Shown here: positions 1 to 9,960 of the stretch, piece after piece
How the letters are laid out: each line of letters begins with the position of its first letter
Numbering within the stretch: position 1 is the stretch's first letter
Assembly: GCF_009914755.1 (NCBI RefSeq)
Contig: NC_060940.1
DNA length: 64,000 nt
Direction: 5' to 3' (one strand)
DNA from: the human T2T-CHM13v2.0 reference genome, Homo sapiens
Made by a program: the position numbers and the translations under genes
The notes under the pieces: generated by a model
Told to the model about the DNA's origin: nothing
Databases searched by the model: none
The model's input: the letters and a program-made list of their open reading frames with translations, nothing else

Positions 1-521
1 CACCCAGGAGACCTCTCTACAGTGAACCCAAAGGATGGATAGTGGGGTAGGGACAGTATGTTCTTTTTTTTTGGTCACCGGGGTCTGTTGTACAGGGGCA
101 TAATATATTCTTCTCCCACCCCCAAGCTGGGCCCTTTCTGCCCCTGCTCCTCCCACCCTCTGGTGTCTCACATCTCAGGGACAGGTGGAATGAAGGATAA
201 GTTCGCGGACCCCAGATCAGGACAACCGGGAAGCTTCCGGGCTGCTGGAGACGGTCACAGCCGGTTAGGGGAGGGAGCCAGGAGAGGACTCTGTGGCCCT
301 GGGGAAGGGCTGGGCTAGTTCTGGGTCCCTGGGAGGAGTGAGTGGGGGGCCCTGCAGAGGGCTGGGACCCAGAGTGTGGGTGAGCATTAGAAGAGCAAGC
401 TGGGGGCTCTAGGGCAACTAGGAACTTGGAGAAGGATGGGAGGCAGGGCTGCTGGGTCCCTAGGAAGGGCTGGAGGAATCCCGGAATGCCTGAGTTCTGG
501 GAAAGCCCTTTCCTCACTCAC

Positions 522-612
522 CCTCGCCAGACCTGGGGCCAGGTCCAAGCAGCAGCAGCAGCAGCAGCAGCAGGAGCAGCATGATTGGCAGGCACGCAGG
601 TAGCGGCCCCAT
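522..612 (-). pseudogene. PLA2G10: PLA2G10 (group X secreted phospholipase A2) paralog, coding exon 1 (signal peptide)
   Basis: Minus strand from ATG at 612 reads MGPLPACLPIMLLLLLLLLLLLGPGPRSGE plus 1 nt, then a consensus donor GTGAGT (521-516). Recalled human PLA2G10 N-terminus is MGPLPVCLPIMLLLLLPSLLLLLLLPGPGSGEA. The differences and the foreign upstream flank indicate a duplicate copy, not the parent gene. Not in the ORF track because it is a short exon. Confidence 0.88.
550..579 (+). repeat. (CAG)8-GAG-CAG trinucleotide tract, encoding poly-Leu on the minus strand
   Basis: Direct reading of 550-579. Confidence 0.95.
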
Positions 613-935
613 CGGAGGGTGGCAGAGGTGGGACGGTGCTGCCGGGCCACCAGAGGCAGCAAGCCCGGCGGACAAACACCCTGGCTGCCACGCCCTGGCC
701 CGGCCCCCCCGACCTCACCTTCCCTCGGGGCCCAGGCGGAGCCAGCTAGAGGCGGGCACCTGGGGTGGTGCAATGGCGTCCTGATCTCTGCATCTTGGTC
801 ACTGAAGGGGCTCGAGAGGCCGCGAGGCGCTGGGGACAGGTCCGGGAGTCAGGCCCAGGAAAGTCTCCTCGGAATAAGGGAAGAAAAGGCGCTCTTTTGA
901 TGTTATTATTCCCCCAGCCCCTCCCCCGCTCACCT
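613..935 (-). promoter_or_regulatory. GC/CpG-rich PLA2G10-derived 5' leader, truncated at about 935
   Basis: CpG-rich stretch directly upstream of the PLA2G10-like ATG; resembles my recollection of the PLA2G10 5' UTR (AGGTGAGCGGGGGAGGGGCTGGGGGA..TAACATCAAAAGAGCG); ends abruptly at a minisatellite. Confidence 0.6.
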
Positions 936-1303
936 AATCCCGTGTGTACAGTGTCATGGAACCTTACCATGTTGTGTGTGTAATCCCCTGTGTGCAGTGT
1001 CATGGAACCTTACCATGTTGTGTGTGTAATCCCGTGTGCGGTGTCATGGAACCTTACCATGTTGTGTATGTAATCCCCTGTGTGCGGCGTCATGGATCCT
1101 TACCATGTGGTGTGTGTGATCGCCTGTGTGCAGTGTCATGGAACCTTACCATGTGTTGTGTGTTATCCCCTGTGTGCAGTGTCATGGAACCTTACCATGT
1201 GGTGTGTGTAATCCCCTGTGTGTGGCATCATGGAACCTTACCATGTTGTGTGTGTAATCCCCTGTGTGCAGTGTCATGGAACTTTACCATGTTGTGTGTG
1301 TAA
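935..1303. repeat. 46-bp minisatellite, 8 copies (TAATCCCCTGTGTGCAGTGTCATGGAACCTTACCATGTTGTGTGTG)
   Basis: CATGGA recurs every 44-47 bp eight times; explains ORFs 944..1303 and 1218..1514. Confidence 0.95.
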
Positions 1304-2401
1304 GTCTGCTCTGTTAGCAGCTCCGCAGGATTCATTCACAGGTGCCCCCTCCACAGTTGACTCTTCTCTTTCAGAGGGCTCCTGGCATAGTCTGTCTGAT
1401 TTTTCCTTTATACACAACCCTATAGGGAAGATCCTTGCATATATGTCTTGGCAAATAGATAAGTTCCTGGAAGTAGAATTGCTACATGTGTTTAAAAGTT
1501 TGTTAAGACGGTAACAGGTTTTCTAGAAATGTTTTACTAATTCTTCCACGGACAGTGCTTGAGAACAAGTTTTTTCTACACCTTTGCTAAGGCTGGTAAT
1601 TTTTAAAAATGGTGTTGAAGGCACATGTCTACTTTGAAATCATAACTGTTTGTTTGTTTAAAGGAGACCCTTGAGAAATGAAACCCTAAATTTCAGGAAC
1701 TTCATCTCTTCATCTGTGAAAACACTTTGTCCACACTTATTGTTTTAAAAAGATTTTTTTTTTTGGCCATAAAGTAGTATATGTTTTATTGTTCTGTAAA
1801 GTTTGAAGTGACCAGCCCACCACAGTTAGGTCACTGAGTGTTTCGGTTGCCTGGTTATTCTTTCAGGAATGTTTGAATCGAAATGCTCACAATTTATTCC
1901 CCCAGAAGAGAGAATTTTCAGAAATCTCCTAAGAAAGTCTGATGTCCGTTCATATGATCTGTTTGCTTTGTTAGTAGAGAAAACTACCTTTGGAGACTAG
2001 TTGTAGCATGGAAGGGGAAGGCAGTAGAAATAGTTTTGGGGTGAGGCGAGCAGTCCCAGGGGAACACGAAGGCAGCATTTCAGGAGTGCTGCTGGTTAGT
2101 TTTCCACGCCATCACTGCACATTATTTTACAAATCCCTGTTTCTAGTTCAGAAGGCAAATGACAGTTTCTTTAGAAAATGTAACACTGTAATCTTGTGAA
2201 ATGAAAGTGTTCCAGTTACATCATTTTCGGTGATTTCAGAACCATTAAAGTTCTGACAGCCTACTTCCCCAATCTCTTTGTAGACTGTGGCCCAAAGAAG
2301 GCTTAGAGAAATAATTTTGAATCTTGATTTTGTTCCAACTCTGTTCCTTAAATGCCTAAGAACTGCGATTTCTTGAGTATTTGTTAAAAGCCTACTGTGT
2401 C

Positions 2402-2817
<416 letters not shown>

Positions 2818-3073
2818 TCATAGTAGGTTTAAAGTACTTTCCTTGTCTCGAAAGTATGCATCTAATAAAGTTTAACAGGATAGTCAAGAAAGTAGAAGAA
2901 ATAAAAATTTCCCATAATTCTACTGGTTGTAGCAGCTTTTAAATTGTTGACGTGTATGTCTTTCCAACTTTTCCTTATTTTTATTTAAAAGAAAGACTTC
3001 TAGGATCATCTGACTTGGCGTGTACCGACTATGGCTTGTGCTTACTCTACTTGTCTGAATGCAAAAATTGTGA

Positions 3074-3411
<338 letters not shown>

Positions 3412-3923
3412 TGATTGTGATATCTTTAAAATGAACAAGGAGTTCTTTGGTCTAATTCTAAAAGTAATGCATACAAAATTATAAAAAGCAACACATACAA
3501 AAAGCAGCAAAGTACAAAGAAGAAAATAAATGTCACTTGCTGTCCCACTACCTGTGGAGTCATTACTGGAGTTACTGCACACCTCTCTTCTGCCGTTATG
3601 ACGAAACTAGCTCTGTGACCCCAGAGAAGTCCCGTAACCTTCCTGGACTTGTTTTCTTCTCAGCAAACTAAAAGGTTAGAGTAATGAGTACAAGGGTCTC
3701 TCTCTCTGTTCTTCCAGGCCTTGTGTGATGACCAGTTTCCAGTGAGAGTAAAGAGCCTTTGACTGAGGTCCTGAGAAACTTTGACTAACCACAGGCACTT
3801 GTAGGCATGGATGGAGTTTTAAAAGTTTCATGAAGTGAGAATTCATCTGCAAAGGCTTAGGTGGAGATGGTTGATGCGCTCCCTGCCTGTAAGGAGTCCT
3901 GAGGCCGAAGGCAGAGCTGTGTG

Positions 3924-4282
3924 CTGTACTCAAGGGACACCCCCACCTCAGCCCCTGAGTAGCTGGGACTATCGAGGCTAATAGCTTAAAGTTTTTAACA
4001 GTAATACCAGTGTGTGACCAGTGTGTCATAGGTGCTGATAATCAAAACTGTCTCAACCTTAACACACTAAGTGACAGAACCCCGACCCTCCCAGGCACAG
4101 CTGAGACCAGCTGCCCCCATCACACAGCAAGCGTCAGGTGATCATCACGGCTTCCCACAGGATAAGCAACTCGGCCCCAGCTCAGGGCGGCCACAGTGTG
4201 GTCCCAACCTCCTTCCTTTTGTCTAAAATTGACTACAAAAACAATGTCAAAGATAACCTCAAAATCAAAGACCAAAATCGGC
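3924..4282. repeat. Inverted copy of two downstream segments (5081-5172 and 5613-5860)
   Basis: 3924-4018 is the reverse complement of 5081-5172; 4024-4282 is the reverse complement of 5613-5860; few mismatches and one 11-bp indel. Confidence 0.93.
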
Positions 4283-5127
4283 TGACAGTGGTCCTTGGCT
4301 TTGGATAATTTCCCACCAGGTAGATCAGATTTGACTGCTTTTGCCTAGGACCTGTGAGACGTTCCTGTTAGAACTGCAGGACAATTCAGCATCTTTCAGT
4401 TTTAGAGTTTTGAGATGAATCATCTAGTGTGTACAGGCTTAAAGGCATGGACACTCTTTTGTTTTCCTGTTAAGATCTTCTTCGGAATGTCAATCTATGT
4501 AACACGTCTGAGGGGAGTTGCTTTGGTGGAGGTGGAGGCAGGGACCAGAGGGGACTGTGCACTTGGCTTTCCTCTAGCACCTGGAGAATCTGAATGCCAG
4601 CCAGGAGTGCTTCATCCACATCGGTGGGCAGCCTTGTGTGTAAGGTGCTGGGAGGGCGGTCTGCTGTGGGGTGGGTGCTGTGACCTTGTTGGTGTCACAG
4701 TATAAACAGGTGTGAGTTGAGACCCTTCCAGGAATGCCTTCCCGAACAAGGCGGCATTTGAGTGGGGCTGGACAGAAGGTGGTTAGATTTCCCTGGTGGA
4801 GGTGGCTGGAGGGTTGGTAGTATGGGAAGGGCTGGGGCACAGCACCAGCAGAGCGGGGCAGGTGTCATCTGGCCACAGTGAGGTCATCCTCCTTGGCTGT
4901 GGTGTTGGTGCCCTTGAAAGCAGATGGTGTGCCAAGGTGTGCAAGTGCTGAAAGGCATTCCCAGTGGCCAGCATTCAGATTTCTGATTTTTTTCTATCAG
5001 AAATGTTACAGTAAGCGTGCTCATATGTATGCGTGTATATAATATCTATTCTTATATGCTGGCATTCATTTTTGTAAATAGTCACACACTGGTATTACTG
5101 TTAAAAACTTAAAGCTATTAACCTGGA

Positions 5128-5242
5128 TAGTCCCAGCTACTCGGGCTGAGGTGGGGGGTCCCTTGAGTACAGGAGTTTGAGTCCAGCCTGGGTGACATAG
5201 CAAGACCTCATCTCTTAAAAAACAAAAAACAAAAAACAAACA
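5128..5242 (+). mobile_element. Alu monomer fragment (FLAM/FRAM-like)
   Basis: TAGTCCCAGCTACTCGGG..CCAGCCTGGGTGACATAGCAAGACC followed by an A-rich tail. Confidence 0.75.
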
Positions 5243-6309
5243 AGATGATTAATATTAACCCAGAGTCCATATTTGTTGCTTAGTGAAGAAGAAGGCTGCA
5301 GACAAATCTGTTGATGAGGTAGATGGTCTCGCACCTCCCACATGTATGCCATTTGCTTATCTCTGTGTGAGCATGTAGAGTAGAGTGCGGTAGGAGTGCA
5401 CTAGACAGTTCACACTGTCATTTCAGGCAAGGAAATGAGAAGAAAAAAACACTCATGGCACAATGTACAATCTTTAACAAGAACTGTTGACCTTAAACTT
5501 CTATCTATAACTGCAAATATGTAAATTTTTAAAAATTGACTAGGTCTAAGGAAAAGGACTAGAAGGGTCACAGACAGATAGAAATGTGATTTGCAGAGAT
5601 GAGGCAATTGTGGCCGATTTTGGTCTTTGATTTTGAGGTTATCTTTGACATTGTTTTTGTAGTCAGTTTTAGACAAAAGGAAGGAGGTTGGGACCACACT
5701 GTGGCCGCCCTGAGCTGGGGCCGAGTTGCTTATCCTGTGGGAAGCCGTGACGATCACCTGACACTTGCTGTGTGATGGGGGCAGCTGGTCTCAGCTGTGC
5801 CTGGGAGGGTCACTTAGTGTGTTAAGGTTGAGACTGTTTTGATTATCAGCACCCATGACAATGTGATATTCAGTGTATTTTTTCCCCTTTTAGTTCTGGA
5901 CCTGCAGATAGAGTGGCTTTGATTTTGGAATGAGGTGACCAACAGATAAAACTTTATTTTAAAGTTGGGAAGAAATCATTATTATCGATTGGGTTTTATC
6001 GTGGGTTTTCTCAAACCAAACAGGGCAGCCCCACAGAGCATTGAGTCAGAAGTCAGAAGCTTGCAGGTTTGGAGTTAGGACTGACTCAATGGCACATTAA
6101 TTACCCAGTGTCTGGGCTTTTCTTGGGATTAAGGAGTTATCCTATTTTTCTGCCTGACTGAGAATAAGTTTAAAAAGGTAAAATATGAAATAGGTTCTGC
6201 TGTTTCTCATTCAACCTTAAGGTGTCAGCACTGTTTACTATCTTAATGTTAAAATAATTCTGTAAAACTTTTCATGTTAAACATTTTTTTTCTCTGTCAC
6301 TGATTTCAG

Positions 6310-6401
6310 TTGTTCTGGAGAATCATGTAGCGACAGATGAAGACGAACCTGCTTTGAAACGCCAGCGACTAGAAATCAATTGCCAGGATCCATCTATAAA
6401 G
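6310..6401 (+). pseudogene. BANP: BANP (SMAR1) paralog internal coding exon, 92 bp, (V)VLENHVATDEDEPALKRQRLEINCQDPSIK
   Basis: Polypyrimidine tract and TTTCAG acceptor (AG 6308-6309), donor AAG|GTAAAA at 6402. Translation matches recalled BANP residues about 24-54 except VT>AT; includes basic KRQR motif. Confidence 0.9.
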
Positions 6402-6417
6402 GTAAAAATCTGACTCT

Positions 6418-6497
6418 GTTCTGTGATGTGTAGTGCACTGCAGTGTTCTGTGATGTGTAGTGCGCTGCAGTGTTCTGTGATGTGTAGTGCATTGCAG
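6418..6497. repeat. 27-bp tandem repeat, 3 copies
   Basis: GTTCTGTGATGTGTAGTGC(A/G)CTGCAGT repeated three times just after the exon donor. Confidence 0.9.
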
Positions 6498-6499
6498 AT

Positions 6500-6930
6500 T
6501 TCAAGGGCTGCTATAACAAATTACCATCAATGGGATGGCTTACAAATGTAGCCTCTCAGCTGTGGAGGCCAGAGATCCAAAACCAAGATGCAGGCAGGGT
6601 CTCGCTCCCTCCAAAGGTTCTACAAGGTGGATCCTTCCTGCCTCTTCCAGCTTCTAGTGGCTCCGGCCCTGCCTCAGCTTGTGGGGCTCCTTCCAGCTGT
6701 GCCTTCCTCTTCATGTTGCTGCCACCTCTGTGTGTCTGTGACTGTTTCCCCTTCTCTCCTCTAGTAAGGACTTGTCATTGGATTTAAGGCCCACCCTAAT
6801 CCAGGTTGATCTCATTGACTAAATTACATCTACACAGACCCAAAGAGTTTCTAAATTACATCTCCACAGTTTCCAAAGAGACCACATGGGTAGGTTCTGG
6901 CGGTTAGGATGTGGATATATCACTTTAGGG
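6500..6930 (-). mobile_element. MaLR LTR (MLT1-type)
   Basis: GGGCTGCTATAACAAATTACCA..GGATCCTTCCTGCCTCTTCCAGCTTCT..GGATTTAAGGCCCACCCTAATCCAG motifs typical of MLT1 LTRs. Confidence 0.7.
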
Positions 6931-9386
6931 TGTGGCTATGTCACCAGGCAGCCTGCTACAGAAGAGTGTGAGCCATTTTTTCTCTTGAAGAGCACAAAGA
7001 GTAAGAATTGTTTACCTTGAGATGCTGCTGAAGGAGGCATCTTCCCACACACCTGCAGGCCCATTTTGGATGGAAGGAAAGTGAAATTTCTACCAGTGAT
7101 GAATGACTTCTGTGTCTGCCATTTAAGTCACTTAGATTCTAAAGTTTACTAGATGGGGTTCTTGGGAACTGCTCATTCAGTTAATTATTTTTGGATCTTT
7201 GAATTTGCTTGGTTGGTTCCAGTGTTTGCAGTCACAGAGGTAAATATCGGCACATGTGAGAAGGTTATGAGAGCAACACAAAACCAAAGTCACTTTTCAT
7301 ATAATTCCTCTACTTACACAGGGTGTCTATTTGGTAATATTTAATTTGTTTTGTTAACAAGGAGAAGCAGTGTAAATGTGTATGAAAAACTTACAAATAA
7401 ATTCACTGTAAAATGCCTATTTCCAACCAATGGATAGGATGTGGCTCTTTTAGTAAACACTGCGTTATCATTTCCTAAATAAAACGCAGTTGTGATTTTA
7501 TCACAGAAGACACATCTATTACACATAGCACAGAAATATATAAAGTGGGCATGGAAGTGGCCCTGCCTTTGTCCTTGTCCCACTGTTGAGAAGAGGGTGG
7601 GCCCCCGGTTGAATGTGACTTGCGTAGAGTCGTGTGCGTGGCTCTAGGTTGTTTTATTGGTATATAAGAGTGATTTTTCCCAAAACCCCAGGCAGAATCA
7701 TTGGTAATTCAGAATTAAAATAATATGGGTGTACTGTTTAAAGAATTTGAGAGCCAAACATTTGATGTTCTCTGGTTGTTGAAAATAGCGGGGTTATCAG
7801 TGGCCATTCAGGGATTCAGCCACCTATTGTTGCTTTTCAAGACGATGCATGTTTGTCATGCCATGGACCGTGCCTCCTTTGTAGATAAGCTGATTGAGTG
7901 TCATCACGTGGGCTTGGGTCCACCTGATGCCGTGGTTCCTTCCCTCTCTCACACGCGCCTTAAACAGAGAGTAGTCAGTCAGGGAGGGTGAGTTTCAGTT
8001 GGTTTCTTTAGCTCCTGTCTATATCAGTGCCCAGTGGTGAATCTTGCCAGGAGAGGTGGTGACCTGAGAAAAGGTGAGTTGTTGGGCAATATGTGGATTT
8101 TCCCTCCTGCAGTGCTGTCCCTGCCACTATGTACACCAGGTTTCCATGCCAGCTACATGTTGTAGGATATCACTGCAGTTTTGATATTCTGCAGATTCCC
8201 TTGAGATCAGAAAGGAGAGTGGGTGTAAGCAGTGTTGTAGGTCAGCTGCAGTTAGTGGGAAAGCGGTTCCAGCTTCAATGTGGGCCAGGCTCCCGCTCCC
8301 CCGTCAGTGTGGGACGGCCTCCCGCTCCCCTGTGCTGCGAGCTCCACGGCCAGCTCTCAGTGGCTGCCACAGTGCCGCCCCTGCTGTCCCGAGCCTACCT
8401 CCCCCTTCCTTCTGATGTGTGCACTTTGGACCCCACACTCTTTAGGTCATGGGCAGGAAAGGAGAGAGAAAAGACAAAACACAAATTCTGTGCTATTTTC
8501 AGCTGTTGATTCTTAAGGCAGGTGCCAGCCTTCCTGAGTACTAAGCAGGGCTGGTGGGCACTCCCCCAACCTGTCCCTCCCTAGACCCGAAGGAGTGTCC
8601 TTCTGTCTGCTGGTGAGACCTGGTGGAGGGTGTCTCTTTTGCACAGTGCAATTCCTGTGTGATTAACACGTTTCCACGTGTGCTCATGGTGGCTCCTGGA
8701 TGGGACGGCAGCTAGGGAAATGAAGTTCTTCCCTTTCTGGTTTGTGTGTTTTCTGTTTCTTGGGTTTGGAGTCCGGCACGTGACTGCTCACTGTGGTTAC
8801 TTGGAGTTAGAAATCCGGAGGAGACTCAGCCGGAAAGGTCAGACGTGGAGCCCGGCTTTGCCAACCACTAGGTGGCAAGCTTGCCGCTCAAGAGCCCCAC
8901 GGGAGCCTCAGGACCAAATCCCAAGTCAGGGCCACAGGGGATCCCGTCACCTTTTCCGATTAGGCAGCGGGGTGTGAGGTGAATGTGCGTGGCCTGTGGC
9001 TTTTATGCTGTTTCGATGTTAGGTGTAATCTGTTTTTATTGTTGAGAAGATTTGACTAGTTTTATATGTAAATTTACTGATTAATAATAACATATTAAAG
9101 TACATTTTTAAAATTAAATGGGCTTAACCAAGAATTGCAACTGCACATAGAAGTGAAACCATGACTAAATCATCACATTTGAAACAGGACGTGTGACTTG
9201 TGTGTAAAATGTGAACTTGTTACTCACATGTTTCTGGCTCATAGCTCAGAAGCTAGTTCCAGTGTGGGGATTGTTCTGTCTGAATAGATAGAGTTGAGAT
9301 CAGGAAATAGCTGTTTGGTGTTTCTTGGGGTTGTCTTCTTACAGTTCAGGAGACCCTTCCTAAAGCCGGTCTTTTCTCACTTCCAG

Positions 9387-9586
9387 TCATTCCTGTATTC
9401 CATCAACCAGACAATCTGCTTGCGGTTGGATAGCATTGAAGCCAAATTGCAAGCCCTGGAGGCTACTTGTAAATCCTTAGAAGAAAAGCTGGATCTGGTC
9501 ACGAACAAGCAGCACAGCCCCATCCAGGTTCCCATGGTTGCCGGCTCCCCTCTCAGGACAACCCAGATGTGCAACAAAGTGCGATG
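9387..9586 (+). pseudogene. BANP: BANP paralog internal coding exon, 200 bp, SFLYSINQTICLRLDSIEAKLQALEATCKSLEEKLDLVTNKQHSPIQVPMVAGSPLRTTQMCNKVR
   Basis: Acceptor TTCCAG (AG 9385-9386), in-frame alternative acceptor AACCAG at 9409-9410 (skips SFLYSINQ, as recalled for BANP isoforms), donor TG|GTAAGA at 9587. In frame with the 6310-6401 exon. Recalled BANP reads SPLGATQTCNKVRC where this copy reads SPLRTTQMCNKVR. Corresponds to ORF 9294..9590. Confidence 0.92.
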
Positions 9587-9954
9587 GTAAGAACAGACCA
9601 GGGTGCCGGGGCCTTCAGGTCACTTGGGGAGAAGCGCGTCACCTCCTCGCCCAGGCCCGCAGCTTAGTGGCTCAGTTTGCTGGAGATGCGCAGTGTCTGC
9701 CTCAGCAGTCTCAGCAGTTTCTAACTAAAGCTGACTTTAGTTAGACCGAAACCGAACACATGGCATCCTGCCAGGATGACCTGAAGTCATCCTCACCTTT
9801 CCTTTCCACATAAAGCCGGCCCATACACCTTTTCTTTGGAACTAACCCACCAGATCTTAGAAGATGTACACGTGCTTCTTTCCTTTTTCCTACTCTACCT
9901 GGCTAGTCTTTAGATATGTTTTTCTTCGTATGTGGTGTTTATACATTTCACATG

Positions 9955-9960
9955 AATATA
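9955..9960 (+). terminator. Candidate variant polyadenylation signal AATATA with downstream T-rich element
   Basis: AATATA followed about 25 nt later by TTTTTATTTTGCTTATTTTT; would end a terminal exon reading through the 9587 donor. Weak variant, unproven. Confidence 0.3.

Noticed and set aside
522-582. Resemblance of MLLLLLLLGPG to a TRBV20-type leader exon
   Set aside because: The upstream MGPLPACLPI and downstream SGE match PLA2G10, and no V exon or RSS follows.
387-773. ORFs with poly-Cys, poly-Ala or implied poly-Gln from the CAG tract
   Set aside because: Wrong frames; the meaningful reading is the minus-strand poly-Leu PLA2G10 signal peptide.
935-1303. CRISPR-like appearance of regularly spaced hairpin repeats (also 34985-35357, 53392-53930)
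   Set aside because: Units are contiguous with no unique spacers, no cas genes, and the context is primate DNA.
6310-9586. Calling this the functional BANP gene
   Set aside because: Start exon replaced by PLA2G10-derived DNA, no downstream BANP exons found in the remaining 54 kb, and four residue differences from recalled BANP.
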